Source: Scyliorhinus canicula
Lineage: Eukaryota
Length of the DNA: 64,000 nucleotides
Assembly (NCBI RefSeq): GCF_902713615.1
Contig: NC_052155.1
Span: forward strand, 103,771,103-103,835,102
Reading direction: 5' to 3'
Shown: positions 21,976 through 34,572 of the stretch, one piece after another
Position numbering within the stretch: position 1 is the stretch's first letter
Layout of the letters: each line of letters begins with the position of its first letter
Program-made: the position numbers and the translations under genes
Notes under the pieces: generated by a model
The model's input: the letters and a program-made list of their open reading frames with translations, nothing else
Database searches by the model: none
Told to the model about the DNA's origin: nothing

Positions 21976-24859
21976 TTTTTTTGAAGAAATTCATTGACGG
22001 GATGTGAGCGCTGCTGGTCAGGCCAGCATTTATTGCCCATCCGTAGTTCGTGTTCAAGAAGTTGGTAGTCAGCTACCTTTGTGAACAGTTGCAGTCCCTA
22101 AAATGCAGGTACACCCACAGCGCTGTGAGGGACGAAGTTCCAGGATTTTCACCCAGCGACAGTGAAGGAACGGCAAGAAATTTCAAAGTCATGGTGGTGA
22201 TTGACTTGGAGGGAAACCTCCAGGTTGTGGGGTTTCCAGGTATCTACTGCTCTTGTCCTTTTAGATGGTAGTGGTCATGGGTTTGGAAGGTGCTGCCTGA
22301 GGAACCTTGGTGAGTTCCTGCAATGCATCTTGTAGATGGTACACACGGCTGCCACTGTTCATCGGTGGTGGAAGGATTGAATGTTTGTGGAAGAGGGAGC
22401 AATCAAGTGGGCTGGTGTTGAGCTTCTTGAGTATTGTTGGAGTTGCATTCATCCAGGCAAGTGGAGAGTATTCTATTACACTCCTGACTTGTGCCTGTAG
22501 ATGGTAGACAGGTTTTGCGGGGGTCGTGAGGTGAGTTACTCGTCATAGGATTCCTAGCCTTTGGCCTGCACTGGTCGCCACAGGAGGAACTCCTGCAGTG
22601 ATGTCCTGGAGCTCATATGATTGACCTCCAATAACCACAACTATCTTCCATTGTGCCAGGTATGACTCCAACCAGCTGAGAGTTTTCCCCCCGATTCCCA
22701 TTGACTCCAGTTTACCTAGGGCTCCTTGGTGTCATACACGGTCAAATGCTGCCTTGATGTAAAGGGCAGTCACTCTCACTTCACCATTGGTATTCAGTTC
22801 TTTTGTCCATATTTGAACCAAGGCTGTAATGAGGTCAGGAGCTGAGTACCTTGGGTGGAAACCAAACTGAGCGTCTGTGAGCAGGTTATTGCTGAGTACT
22901 CACTGTTTGATAGCACTGTTGATGATTCCTTCCATCATTTTGCTGATGATGGAGAGTAGACTGATAGGGTGGTAATTGGCTGGGTTGGATTTGTCCTTTT
23001 TCTTGTGTACAGGACACACCTGGGCAATTTGCCACATTGCCGGGTAGGTGCCAGTGTTGTAGCTGTACTGGAACAGCTTGGCTAGGGATGCGGCAAGTTC
23101 TGGAGCACAAGTCTTCAGTACTATTGCCAGAATATTGTCAGTGCCCATAGTCTCTGTCATATCCAGTGCCTTCAGCTGTTTCTTGATATCATGTGGAGTG
23201 AATCGTGCTGTGATGCAGGGGACCTCCGGAGGAGATGAGATGGATCATCCACTCAGCATTCAAGGCTGAAGATGGTTACGAATACCTCAGCCTTGCCTTT
23301 TGCACAGATGTGCTGGACTCCTCCATCCTTGTAGATGGGGATATTTATGGAACCTCCTCCTCCTGTAAGTTGTTTAATTGTCCATCACCATTCACGGCAG
23401 GATGTGGCAGGACTGCTGAGCTTAGATCTGATGTGTTCATTGTGGAATCGCTTAACCTGGTCTATTACTTGCTGCTTATGCTGTTTGCCACACAACTAGC
23501 CCTGTGCAGCAGCATCACAAGGTTGACATCGCATTTTTAGGTATGCTGGGCGTTGTTCCTGGCATGCCCTTCGGCACTTTTCATTGAACCAGGTTGATCT
23601 CCAGGCTTGGTGTAATGGTAGGATGCAGGATATGCTGGGCCATGAGGTTGCAGATTGTGGTTGAGTATAATTCTCTGCTGCTGATCGCCCACAGTGTCTC
23701 ATGGATGCCCAGTCTTGAGTTGCTAGATCTGTTCGAAATCTATCCCATTTAGCGCGGTGGAAGTGCCACACAACATGATGGAGGCCTCAATGTGAAGACG
23801 GGGCTTTGTCTTCACAATGACTGTGCGGTGGTCACTTCTACCGAAACTGTCATGGACAGATGCATCTGTAGCAGGTAGCTTGGTGAGGATGTGGTCAAGT
23901 ATGGTTTTCCCCTCTTGTTGGTTCCCTCACCACCTGCTGCAGTCCCAGTTTAGCAGCTATTTCCTTTAGGACCAGGCTAGCTTGGTCTGTAGTGGCACTA
24001 CTGAGCCACTCTTGGTGATGGACATTGAAGTATCCTACCCAGAGTATATTCTGAAACCTTGCCACCCTCAGTGCTTCCTTCAAGTGGTGTTCAACATGGT
24101 AGAGTACTGATTCATCAGCTGATGGTGGCCAGTGCGTGGTAATCAGCAGGAGGTTTCCTTGCCCATGTTTTAACTTGAATCCATGAGACTTCATGGGGTC
24201 CAGAGTCGATGTTGAGGACTCCCAGGGCAACTACCTCCCAACTGTATGCCACTGTGCCTCCACCTCTGCTGGGTCTGTCCTGCCAGTGAGACAGGACATA
24301 CTCAGGGATAGTGATAGAGGTGTATGGGACATTGTCTGTCAGGTATGGTTCTGTGAGCATGATTATGTCAGGCTGTTGCTTGACTAGTCCATGAGATAGC
24401 TCTCCCAACTTTGGCACAAGCCTCCTGATGTTAGTAAGGAGGACTTTGTAGGGTCGACAGGGCTGGGTTTGCCCTTATCGTTTGTGGTGCCTGGGTCGAT
24501 GCTGGTGGTCCATCCAGTTTCATTCCTTGTACGTAGCAGATAAATACAACTCAATGGCTTGCTAGGCCATTTCGGAAGGGCATTTAAGAGTCAACCGCAT
24601 TGCTGTGGGTCTGGAGTCACATGTAGGCCAGACCAGGCAAGGATGGCAGATTTTATTCCCGAAAAGGAAATTAGTGAACAAGGTGGGTTTTTACAACAAT
24701 CAAAAATGGTTTCATGGTCATCATTAGACTTTTAATTCCAGATATTTTATTGAGCTTTTAAATTCCACTACCTGCCGTGGTGGGATTCAAACCGAGCTCC
24801 CCACCCTGGTTTTCTGGATTACTAGTCAAGCGATATTGCCACTACACCATCGCCTCTCC
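21976..24859 (-). mobile_element. CR1-superfamily (L2/Crack-like) single-ORF LINE with tRNA head + Deu-domain 5' end
   Basis: EN motifs (QQPDIIMLTEPYL, DRPSRGGG, VGYFNVHHQEWL, EPTRG) and RT motifs (APELAASLAKLF, NPANYHPISLLS). 3' tail gatgggcaataaatgctggcc..catccc. Positions 24550-24859 are a SINE head plus Deu domain. Internal deletion near 22585. Confidence 0.88.
24783..24849 (-). promoter_or_regulatory. Pol III type-2 internal promoter (box A / box B) at the LINE 5' end
   Basis: Box A TGGTGTAGTGG (24849-24839) and box B GGTTTGAATCC (24793-24783). Confidence 0.7.
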
Positions 24860-25105
24860 TGGGGTGTGTGATCTTTATCTCTCGCTGAGTCCGTTACTAT
24901 ACCCAGCAGCAGGTTAAGGGAGGCATCAGTAGAAAAAGCGGCAGACTTTGCTTATCTGGACTCCATTCTGCCACTTCCAGGTATCTGACAATATTCTTCA
25001 ATTTGCATGTTTGGATTAAATACGAGACTGGAGAACACAGAAAGTGGGTCCACGTCCCATCTGCTGCTACTGATTGTGTAGGAAGCCCAAAAGTAAAGTG
25101 CTAAT

Positions 25106-25297
25106 CAATAGAAAACCTACAGCGCAGAAGGAGGCCAGTTGGTCCATTGAGTCTGCACCGACCCACTGAAAGATCAGCCTACCTAGGCCCACTCCACACC
25201 CATCCTATCCCCATAACCCCACCTAACCTGCACATCTTTGGACACTAATGGGAAATTTTAGCATTGCCAATCCGCCAAACCTGCAGATCTTTGGACT
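25106..25297 (-). mobile_element. 5'-truncated HE1-like SINE
   Basis: 3' half (tail and part of the V-domain) homologous to 34949-35295. Confidence 0.8.
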
Positions 25298-25668
25298 GCT
25301 CATTGGATCCGTCAAAAGTTTCAAGAAGACCTGTCAAATTGTCAAGAGGAAATGTCAAAAACACTTTTCAAGAGAGCTATCAACCTCTCTAGTCATTTAA
25401 AAATCCTGCCCTTTAAATCTTTGAAATAATGCCGGGAGTGTGAAAAAAAACCGTTGCTCATTGGACCTCTCAGACCTAAGCCTGAGAGCTTCCATTACTG
25501 GATTACTGCTGCATGACTGATTTCATGCATTATCACAGGACCATGCCTGACATTGCACAGTTTGATTGACAGCCACCAGTGGTTATAGACTCTTTGAAAT
25601 GGGACTATGAATTCCAATGCTAGTTGTTGTAAGGGATTGTGCACTTGAATGAACTTCTGCATTTTTAA

Positions 25669-25863
25669 AATAAATTTTAGAGTACCTAATTCATTTTTTT
25701 CAAATTGAGGGCCAACTTAGTGTGGCCAGTTCACCTACCCTGCACATCTTTAGGTTATGGGGTGAAACCCATGCAAACACAGGGAGAATGAGCAAACTCC
25801 ACACGGATAGTGACCCAGGATCGTGATCGAACCTGGGACCTCGTGAGGCAGCAGTGAGAACCG
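25669..25863 (-). mobile_element. Short-tail V-SINE with about 12-bp TSD
   Basis: Same type as 6701. TSD CTGCATTTTTAA / CTGTATTTCTAA. Confidence 0.85.
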
Positions 25864-26482
25864 CTGTATTTCTAAGGCCTTAAGTAGCTGAAGGAAATAA
25901 ATGTAGTGAATGTTTTCTTCATGAATGAGTGTGCTACTGAAGTCTAAAATGAACATTTCAAGCCACATTTTATAGAACTTCATTGTATCTTACTATGGGC
26001 CCTGAGGTCTGCCTTCAGCGGGCACTGGCAAAGAGGCTTTAAGAACAAAGGGTGGTTGGTGGGGGGGCATAGCTTGGCGTGAGTTGGCATAAAGTTGGCA
26101 TAGGTTCTATAAAGGGCCATGGGTTGGATACAAGAAATGAGGTGGCTCAGATTAGCATAGATGGGGCATGGGGAATTTGTGGGGGATGAAGGATGTTTCA
26201 TGTTTTATTCATTTGAAATAATTTGGACACAGTGCCAGATTCCCAATGCAGGCTTTCTGCCCAGTCGGCCTCCAGTTCTCCGTATTTCTGGGACCACCCT
26301 CACTGACTTCTAATCTGATACCCCCATCATCAGATTGAAAATCCAACATCCAAACAGCTATTTTTAAAAGCCCAGCTTACAGAGCCAGGAATTATCTTGA
26401 CTCTGACACCCAACTTGCAGACTGAAAACTAAACCTCTGAATGTCCCAAAGTTCCAGAAAGATGTTGAAGGTTTCAGGATTC

Positions 26483-27200
26483 TGTTGTGAAATATCCATT
26501 TACATTGAAAGAAAATTGGTGTGAAGAATAGCTAGTCAGCATTTCTGCTTGGATGCAAGGTTAATATGTTTCACTTTGCCATGGGGAAGAGAGAGCAGAG
26601 GAAGCCATTTTTGAGATCTGGTTACAGGCTTCCTTACAAAACAATGAATATCACAGACAGACAGCAGATTTGTGTGGCCAGCCGAGAGAAGAGGCTGCTT
26701 GACTTTGTGAGTTATCTCAGCCAGATGCAGGAGAGAAACAGCCTCTAGTCGTAGGGATGCATAATGCAGCATTCTGAATATTCTGGAAGGTTTGTTCTGG
26801 CATGACCAGAGGGAAGAAGAATCATCAGAATTCACTGCTGGTGGTTGATTTAAGAAACGTTTTGAAAACTGAAGAAAGCGCCTGGGGATTCTCCCTCAAA
26901 GTTACTACTCAGTAAAATGGGTGTAGGGAAACCAGTGGAAGCTGGGAGCAACAGTGGACAATTTGATATGTGGACTGTAATTCCATTGATGTGTGTTAAG
27001 TATAAAATGGGACTGTTCCTGTCTGTGGTTTAAAGTACAAGTTGCCTCCAAAAAGAAAATATTGTTTAGTCAATGGTGCATTTGGTAACTTTTTTTTTAC
27101 AGTAAAAGTTTGAAAACATGAAATCCAGTGTAATTATTTGAGCCATCAACTGAAAGTTTTAATCCCTTTTGTATAAGTTATAGGTCTCTGGGGACCATAG
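26483..27200 (+). mobile_element. Possible old solo LTR
   Basis: Starts TGTTGTG. Composition and 3' part (ggtctctggggaccata) resemble the LTRs at 2461 and 20726. No CA end or TSD. Confidence 0.35.
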
Positions 27201-30200
27201 GAGACGGTTATTGAGGCAAGTCAAGATAAATCAAGACATTTTAAGAACAAAGAAGAACATGGAGAAGGGAGCCCTCTCCACTTCAAATTGTTGCTAAATC
27301 TCTGGAGCATCTTTCAGCAACACTGTGTGACCTATTCCGAATTCACATATTTATCAGGGCCTTAGTAGAACATTGTGCAAAGATTGTCGATGCTAGAACT
27401 ACTTCTGAATAGTATTATATCAAACCCTGAACAGGCCTCAGCATATCATAATGCATGGTGATAATTGAGTTTTACGACGCAAATCACGTGTTCACAGTGA
27501 ACAACAGCAGTTGATAGTGAAAAAGCAATTAATGGAGGAATTTTAAAATATCCTCAAAGTAACAAAATATCAGTGATCAGAAATCCCGCCCTCAGAATTA
27601 AAACTCTCTCTCTGTAATGAACGATTAACACAGTGCATTAGTGTTAATAATAATGAAGAGACTAACATACCCCTCGACCAGCAAAATAACTGATTTAATC
27701 ATCCGTCAATGAGATTTTTTTTCTACAGTTAGTTTACGCATTTTCCCAATACCGAAGTTCTTCAATGTTGTGACAAAAGACTCAAGATGTTAAATGTCCT
27801 TATCTCATATCCTTTGATCACTTCCTTATACAGCCTACATGAGTGAGATTTCCACCTGCCTCTGTTACTTTAGGAGCATAACCTAAATTGTGAACCTGAC
27901 AAACCATTTCAGCATCTAGCAGCTGTTCACTCATATTTAAGTGAATGGAGTAACCAGAATGACAGCTTATATATTCGTACTGGTACCTCTATATTTTCTG
28001 GAGAAGAATCAGCAGAAAATGGCTTGATCGCATGTAAAGGTTTAATAAAATATTCCATTGAGTTCACAGCGGAAAATTTGAAGTATAATGAACCTTTTGT
28101 AATGACTACATTTATGAATAGGCAATAGGACCTTCTAAAGCTGAAATTAAAATAATTAAGTCTTCGAACTTAATGGGTAATTCTTTAAGGGCGTCTCTCA
28201 GTAAAGCACGCTTTAGAAAATGTGAAGGAATAGCCCGACGAATGAATCATGGTGCCATCTCTTGCACCTTTGCTGAATCGGTTAACAAATTAATACTTTA
28301 CACCCAATGTAACAACAACCGCTTCAGTTTTGCAGAAATCTTCCACGACATTTCAATTTATTTATTGCTAAGAAAAAGAGAACGTCATATTCATATTTGT
28401 CTGAAGGAAAACAACATATTCATTGTGCTGGGATAATTGTGTTTTTTTAAATTTATAAGTAGGTACCAAAAGATACAAAGGAATTATCCATATTTAGAAA
28501 TGCTCTATTACATCAATACTAAAGCCACCTGAGAGACCACAAAATGAGGCGACCTAAGACAGACCTTGATAGAATATCACTTGTGCCTAACATTTTGTAA
28601 AACCTGGAGCATTTGCGCTTTACTGCATATATTGTTTTCTCAGTCAAACCATAACTAGGCTCACTAAATAGGTACAGCTGTACAGCTTACTAACAGCTGC
28701 CATTGTGATTGCTGTTGAAAGTGTTTTTTCAGTCTGTTATGTTAATGCATTAACTTTAGCTGCCGTGTGCTGCACTGAATCTTATTAGAAGTGACCAAAT
28801 CAGCACAAAACTAATACAAAGTACAATGTGGGAGTACAACCCCATTATCTAGAAATGATCTGACTTGCAAAAATTTAGCAATACAACGTCTTAGTATACA
28901 TAAATTATACATTTAACTGTTTGTTTAAACTGTTTCTTTAATTACCTGTTTATTCACATGATGAGCTAAATTAGCTTGAATTTGTTTTAAATAATTAGTT
29001 TTACGTTTTCACATGGTTCTTATGTGCCCAGTAGGAACATGGCTGTAAAAATAACCTACATTGACCACTCTGACTGTCTCACAATACTGTTTCTGATGCT
29101 TTCACATACGTGTTTAGTGGGAAGAACCTTCCTGAATTATTTCTGAGGTGCATTAAAATCCACCAGATAGAATGTAAAAAGCAAAAAAGGAGTAGGCACT
29201 GCCAAATCCTTCAATGCAAGAGTATATCACTATCGCACTCGTGACAATGTCTCAGCCTAATTGAAGTCAGGCAAAGTGCTGTGGATAAAATTGCACTGAG
29301 CTTTGTTTAGTTGGCACAGCAGGTGCATGAGTTTTTGATGGTGCTGAATTTTAACAAGACTGCCAAGCCACTGCCTCAGGGTCTGCAACTTCAAGCATTC
29401 TAAAGGGGCCTGAACATCCTCTAAGGAATAATTGCAACTTTGCACTAGGTTGCTGGAGGTGTTAATAAATTCTACATCAGGCTGCGAACACTTTCTTTTG
29501 GTGTGAGGAAGCTTTCGTCAAAACAACGCAGAGGCCAGCTTACACACTTTCACAGTGTTCCTTCAGAAGTTAATCATAGGGTTCACTAGAGGTTTGACAT
29601 TAGCCATGTTAAGTTAATGGACAGGCATGGTCATGCTTGGCCACTCCCACTAACTATACTCGCACGACAGAATCAGCTGTTTTTCGTTGTCTCACTGTAG
29701 CAGTTTGAGTCGATTGATTAGAAGGGATGTGAGGGAATCATTTAGTTAGTGTTTTAGAGTGAGTCTATCAGAATTATATTCAAAGATAACTCTTTGAATA
29801 TAAAGCCACACAAATACTTTTGCAAAGTCTGAGATTACATGATGGCGGTATCCCTCGTTGAACCAGACAGTAACTGACACCTCAGGGATAAATTCCAACT
29901 CCCAGGTGGGGGTAAGCAACTTGACGAGTAACCAACCCATCCTCGAGTGGCATTGGGCAGGCCAGCCTCATTAACAAACCACTGATTAATCTGTCGGAAA
30001 GTGGCTGCTTTGGCTATTTAAATCTGGGACCACTTGTGAGGATGAGGTGCAGGACACCATTTATAAATAATACAGTAACTCTGGTCAGGAACGTCAGCTT
30101 TTTGTACCCACTGTCTATATGGTCGAGTCTCTCTGTTGACTCAACTTTGCTGAAACAACTATAAGAGAACTTAAGCTACCAAGTGCTGCAAGAACTGTTT

Positions 30201-31211
30201 TATGTTGGTGATACCTTTGTGTGCTTTTATAGGTGTCCTGCCTTTACCCAAAATGGAAAATACTGACTGATGCATTAAATATAATCAAGGTGTTTCTTCA
30301 GATTGGCTGTATATATGAAAAATCCCATTGAGCTGCAATTGCACATGTTTGACAACATTTTCACTTTGCATCACATTTCAAATCTTGCATGGTTCTAAGT
30401 CATACATCATTCAGTCAGCAATATGTCCATTTCCCCAACTAAAACATCAAAGCTGGCTACCCCACAGCCATTTTACAGCTGGCGGGGATGTTAATTGCCT
30501 CAGGATGAGACTTCTTCCCCCAGCTAGGAGGATCATCCTGGAAAGCTGTTAGACAATCCAATTGCCTGGCAGCTCTGTAGTTACACTAGGACAAGGTTTG
30601 AGTGGTGACCATTGCTGGGACTACAGCCAGTCCCCAAAGAAGCGGTTGTAGTAGCCGGACCTCAGGGAAACCTAGGTTATCAGTGAGAACTGGCTTGCAG
30701 GCCTGAGTGTGGGGTTAGGGTTAGGTGGTGGGGTTGGGTTTGAGAGGCCAGGGGGAGGAGGTTTAAGAGTGGGGTGGCCTTGTCGGGGAGCAAAGCAGGC
30801 CCCGCAAAGGAGAGGTCCCCTACTTGCCTGACACCAGCTTGTTTAGTAAAACGTGACAGGACACCTGCTTGGCCTGGGTCTCACCCTGCCCTCAATTGGA
30901 TATTTAAGTGCCTCAGTCAGCCAAAGGGTTAGTGGGATGTCTGATGCCTCTATCACCCCTCTGTAAAATGGGAAATAGGTGCAGATGGGTGGGAAGGTGA
31001 TGGGCAGATTACATTTTACAAGCCCCCCCCCCCCCCCCCCCCCATATTTAAGCATGCTGGTGGAGAGGGATAAAATTCAGTTCCATGTTATGGTCAATAG
31101 TAATAATAGCAATAATAGGAATGTTCTGGATACTTCCCTCTAATGCATTATTTTTTTTAGTTTTATTTAGGCATTTACCAGACCCCTTTATCCAAGGTGA
31201 CATACGTGACA

Positions 31212-31330
31212 GGAGGTCTTGTGACACACATGGTAGCATCCCTACTTCTGGACCAGAATCTCTGGGTACAAGTCCAATGCCAGGATTGTTGTCCATGGAA
31301 ACAGCATTCATAACACAGTTCAACAGGTTA
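31212..31330 (+). mobile_element. 5' part of an RTE-tail SINE (same family as 34270)
   Basis: Head tccctacttctggaccagaatctctgggtacaagtcc..aacaggtt matches 34290-34382. Confidence 0.55.
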
Positions 31331-31332
31331 GA

Positions 31333-31497
31333 AAGCTGGTTTAGCTCAGGGCTAGACAGCTGGTTTGTGATGCAGAATAAGGCCAGCAGCGCAGGTTCAA
31401 TTACCGTACCAGTTTACCCGAACATGCGCCGGAATGTGGCGACTTGGGGCTTTTCACAGTAACTTCATACGTGTGACAATAAAAGGTTATTATTATT
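31333..31497 (+). mobile_element. SINE family B
   Basis: gctggtttagctcagggctagacagctgg..ggttcaattacc..cacagtaacttcat..gtgacaataaaaggttattattatt. Confidence 0.85.
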
Positions 31498-31934
31498 CAT
31501 AGTCAACTCAGTAATCCCTCCTCCACTTCCCTAAAGTGATAAAAGTATGTGTTAAGATATGCTCACAGAAACTTAAATGATGTTCTCTGTATAGTACATC
31601 AATTCTACATTAGAATATATGTATTGAAAAACAATAAATAAAAGTTAGACTATCGGAGCATAGTTTCTGGCCCATATGCACTCTTCCAGGGACATTGATT
31701 TCCCAGGGACACAGTGTTTCATCCAATTACACTAGAGGAAAAGTCAGTGGTTTAGGAATGGGGATTTCTCAGGACCTGGGAAGCCTAGACTTTCCTGGTG
31801 GTTTTCTTCAGGGCTGGAAGAACATTCCTTCTCCACTGGGTCTGACAGAGGAAAGTATTCTTGAATTGAGGGGCCTGTTCTTCCGATCATGGACTACAGT
31901 CATTTCCTTGTTCAGGTCAATGTTGAAAGAAGTC

Positions 31935-32517
31935 TGTAATATCCCACATGGGACCTACGGGGTGGGAATGCGCGTCTTCCCCATACTCCTTGTAGAAGAC
32001 AAGCTCCCCCACTAGGGGCGGGGCATCTCAATCACCCAGTGTATACAAGGTCAGCAAGTAAGGCGTGGACCAAGCAGGAACCCAGGTAGTGTACATACCG
32101 TTTGTGTAAATAAAACTTTGTTCTTATTTTACTCGGTGTGTGTGTGTTCTTTGTGATTTTGTTATCAGGGTGGATGCCGTAGTGTTCACAGACACAACAG
32201 AAGCTATGTTCATTAACGAAGCTAACTTTTATTTACACTACTGATTAAAGCTCGACCACTTCCTCCTATAGTAAACAATAGTCGAGTAAACTACAATCTA
32301 CACTCTACTAACACTAGTCTCTACACTCTATCTATAACTGTACTCTACACTCTCTCACAGCTCTTATCCAGCCTTCTCCCAGAGGACTGTGGGTGACTGC
32401 TGTATATAGTTCTGCATCTAGCTCCATCTAGTGGTTAATTATGATATGACATTAACCCTTTGTATTCTGAACATTTCACATAATGTCATAGTGTGGACTC
32501 TCCATGTCCTTATCAAA
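31935..32517 (+). mobile_element. Solo LTR with AAGTC TSD, interrupted by another LTR
   Basis: Starts TGTAATATCC. TSD AAGTC at 31930-31934 and 32518-32522. AATAAA at about 32109. Confidence 0.8.
32141..32490 (-). mobile_element. Nested solo LTR with GTGTG TSD
   Basis: GTGTG at 32136-32140 and 32491-32495. On the minus strand it carries an aagggttaatg..actagatggagc motif like the 52086 LTR, a TATA and an AATAAA. Confidence 0.8.
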
Positions 32518-32849
32518 AAGTCCCTAATGGCCAGGTGTTCTTGGTGCCTGCAATTTAAGATATATTCTGCAGAGGCAAGCGAGTAAGTCACTATTTCCAA
32601 TTTAGCAGGTCACCTCGCCCAGTTTCTGTGATTATAGCAATTAAATTTATTGCACACTAATTGAAATATATTGAACCACATTCATCACCTAAAGAACCCA
32701 CGTGTACACCTGCAAGGAAAAAGCTGATTGTCCGTAAAATACATTTAAATCTTTAACTAGAGGCTAGTATTTGGTGAGTGAAAGGCCTGATATGAACTGG
32801 GAGGTGAGGAGAGTGCACGGAGCTGGATAATTTTCCTCTGCAAATCAAC

Positions 32850-33400
32850 AGCATTCCAATAGCCATGTAGCAGCCATCAGGGTAGTACTGTGTAATCACA
32901 ATATTGATAATGTAGAAAACTGTTGCCATATGGGGGCCTGGGGCATTCAGGTAAATTGAAGGTTCGGGAAGCCTGTCTGGAAGTTGGATGTGTCTGCTGC
33001 CTCTTTCTTTCCTCTTTGTCTGCCACTCCTTCCTCTCTTCTTCTTTCACCTCCTCTGTTCCACCTCCTTCTTTTTCTCCTCTTTTTCACCTGTTCTTCCC
33101 CTTCCTGAAGTGTTCGCTAAAGTTAAGGTGGAAAGGGCTGTATCCAGATTGTGAATGATGCAACAAGCCACATGAATTGGAACACCAGTTCTGTCGGGTA
33201 CTAAAGGGCTTATCCAAAACTGCTCAGACAGTGGAACCATTGCTTCAGAAGCCTGATGATCTGCTCAATGACATTCCTCTTAGCAGCGTAATTCACAATA
33301 TGCTGACCATGTATGATGGGGTTGTGGAAAGGAGTCATCACTGTTAGATTCCGGGAGAGGCCTTTACACCTTGCAGGATCTACCCAAGTCCCGCTAGGTA
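32850..33400 (-). pseudogene. PIF/Harbinger transposase C-terminal remnant
   Basis: MTPFHNP..AAKRNVIEQIIRLLKQWFHCL and VACCIIHNL, followed by an acidic tract: the DDE_Tnp_4 C-terminal signature. Confidence 0.8.
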
Positions 33401-33479
33401 TCAGAATCTGTAGCATGCCCAAAAGGGGCGTGACAGAAAGGTGCATGCCTAAGTATGGTTTAAATCTACTTAGGTGCAC

Positions 33480-34255
33480 TCACCCAATATCTACCAGCCT
33501 CCCCAGGGAGGCTGCAGACGGGCGCTGTTCAGTATTGGTGCACACAAATGCGAAACAAGGGGAATGGCACCGGGGATCCCATGGGCCATCGGAGGCCCCT
33601 GGGTGGTCAGGAATAGTGCAGGGAGGCTCCCTGGCTCTCCTGCTGGAACATGCGCACCTTGACACTGCCCAGCTGGCAATTTGGCACTGCCATCCGGGCA
33701 CTGCCAAGTTGGCAGGGGCAGTGCCGGATGCCAGGTTTGCAGTCCGAGGGTGCCAGGATGGCAGTGCCAAAGGTCAGGGCTCGAGGGGGCTATGCCCATG
33801 AAAGGTGGGTGGAGGAGGGTTTAAAGGGTGGGGGTTGAATGGTAAGTATGGGCCTCTGGTTGAGGGGGGTGGCGGGTGGGGGTCCTAGAGGGGGGGCATG
33901 GGGGCCTGAAGAGGGGGGACACCAGGGACTCTATAACGGAGTGTCCTCACTTGGTGGTTGTGGGTAGTGCCCATGTGTGTGAGGGTTGACATTGCCCATG
34001 AATGGGGATGTGGGGGACCCACAAGCTCACTTAGAGAATGGGGCACCCTTTCAAAATGGCGGCCTGATCTCGGAGTTCAGCTCGCCAGTGCGGAAAGAAA
34101 ATCCTAAATGTGGGCTAAACCGGTGAGAAACTCCCTTGGGCTCAAAACCGTGGGTGTTTGATGACGTTAGGGAACTTGCTGGCAGATCCGGCAGAAAACT
34201 CCCTGAGAAACCCTCCACAAGTGAACTTAGAATTATCTCTGTTAAACTCCGCCCC
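33480..34255. mobile_element. Harbinger-type MITE (right TIR retained)
   Basis: GGCAC/GTGCCA core, ending GTTAAACTCCGCCCC. Confidence 0.65.
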
Positions 34256-34269
34256 TTGTTAACATAGGA

Positions 34270-34572
34270 ACTAGATGAGGCCTTGCAGTGTCCCTACCTC
34301 TGGGCCAGAAGCTCGGGGTTCAAGTCTCACTTCAGGACTCGATGGGCACGGAAGGTGTGTCCACAATGTGGCTAAACAGGTTGCTTATCAATCTGTAAAT
34401 CCTACCTATATGCCGATGGCAGACAATAAGAGTGGGAGCATTTTCTGGTCAGTCAAACTACTCAAGGCAATGGCAAACCACTGCAGCACTTTTCCAAGCA
34501 CAATCATGGACCAATCCAATGGAAGTCCATGGTCACCAATGCCCTCTTTAGGCTCGGAACCTGGAGGAGAAT
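34270..34572 (+). mobile_element. tRNA-derived SINE with RTE-like 3' part
   Basis: Box B GGGTTCAAGTC and aaggcaatggcaaaccactgcagcacttttccaag..catggac..gtccatggtcac, resembling RTE/BovB-derived SINE ends. Confidence 0.6.

Noticed and set aside
29257-29445. 62-aa ORF in the unique island as a host exon
   Set aside because: No convincing paired splice sites and no recognisable protein similarity.
30470-31083. Possible old MITE (similar patches at 3360-4660, 14830-15125, 25300-26440)
   Set aside because: Too decayed to define TIRs or TSDs by eye, so not listed as features.
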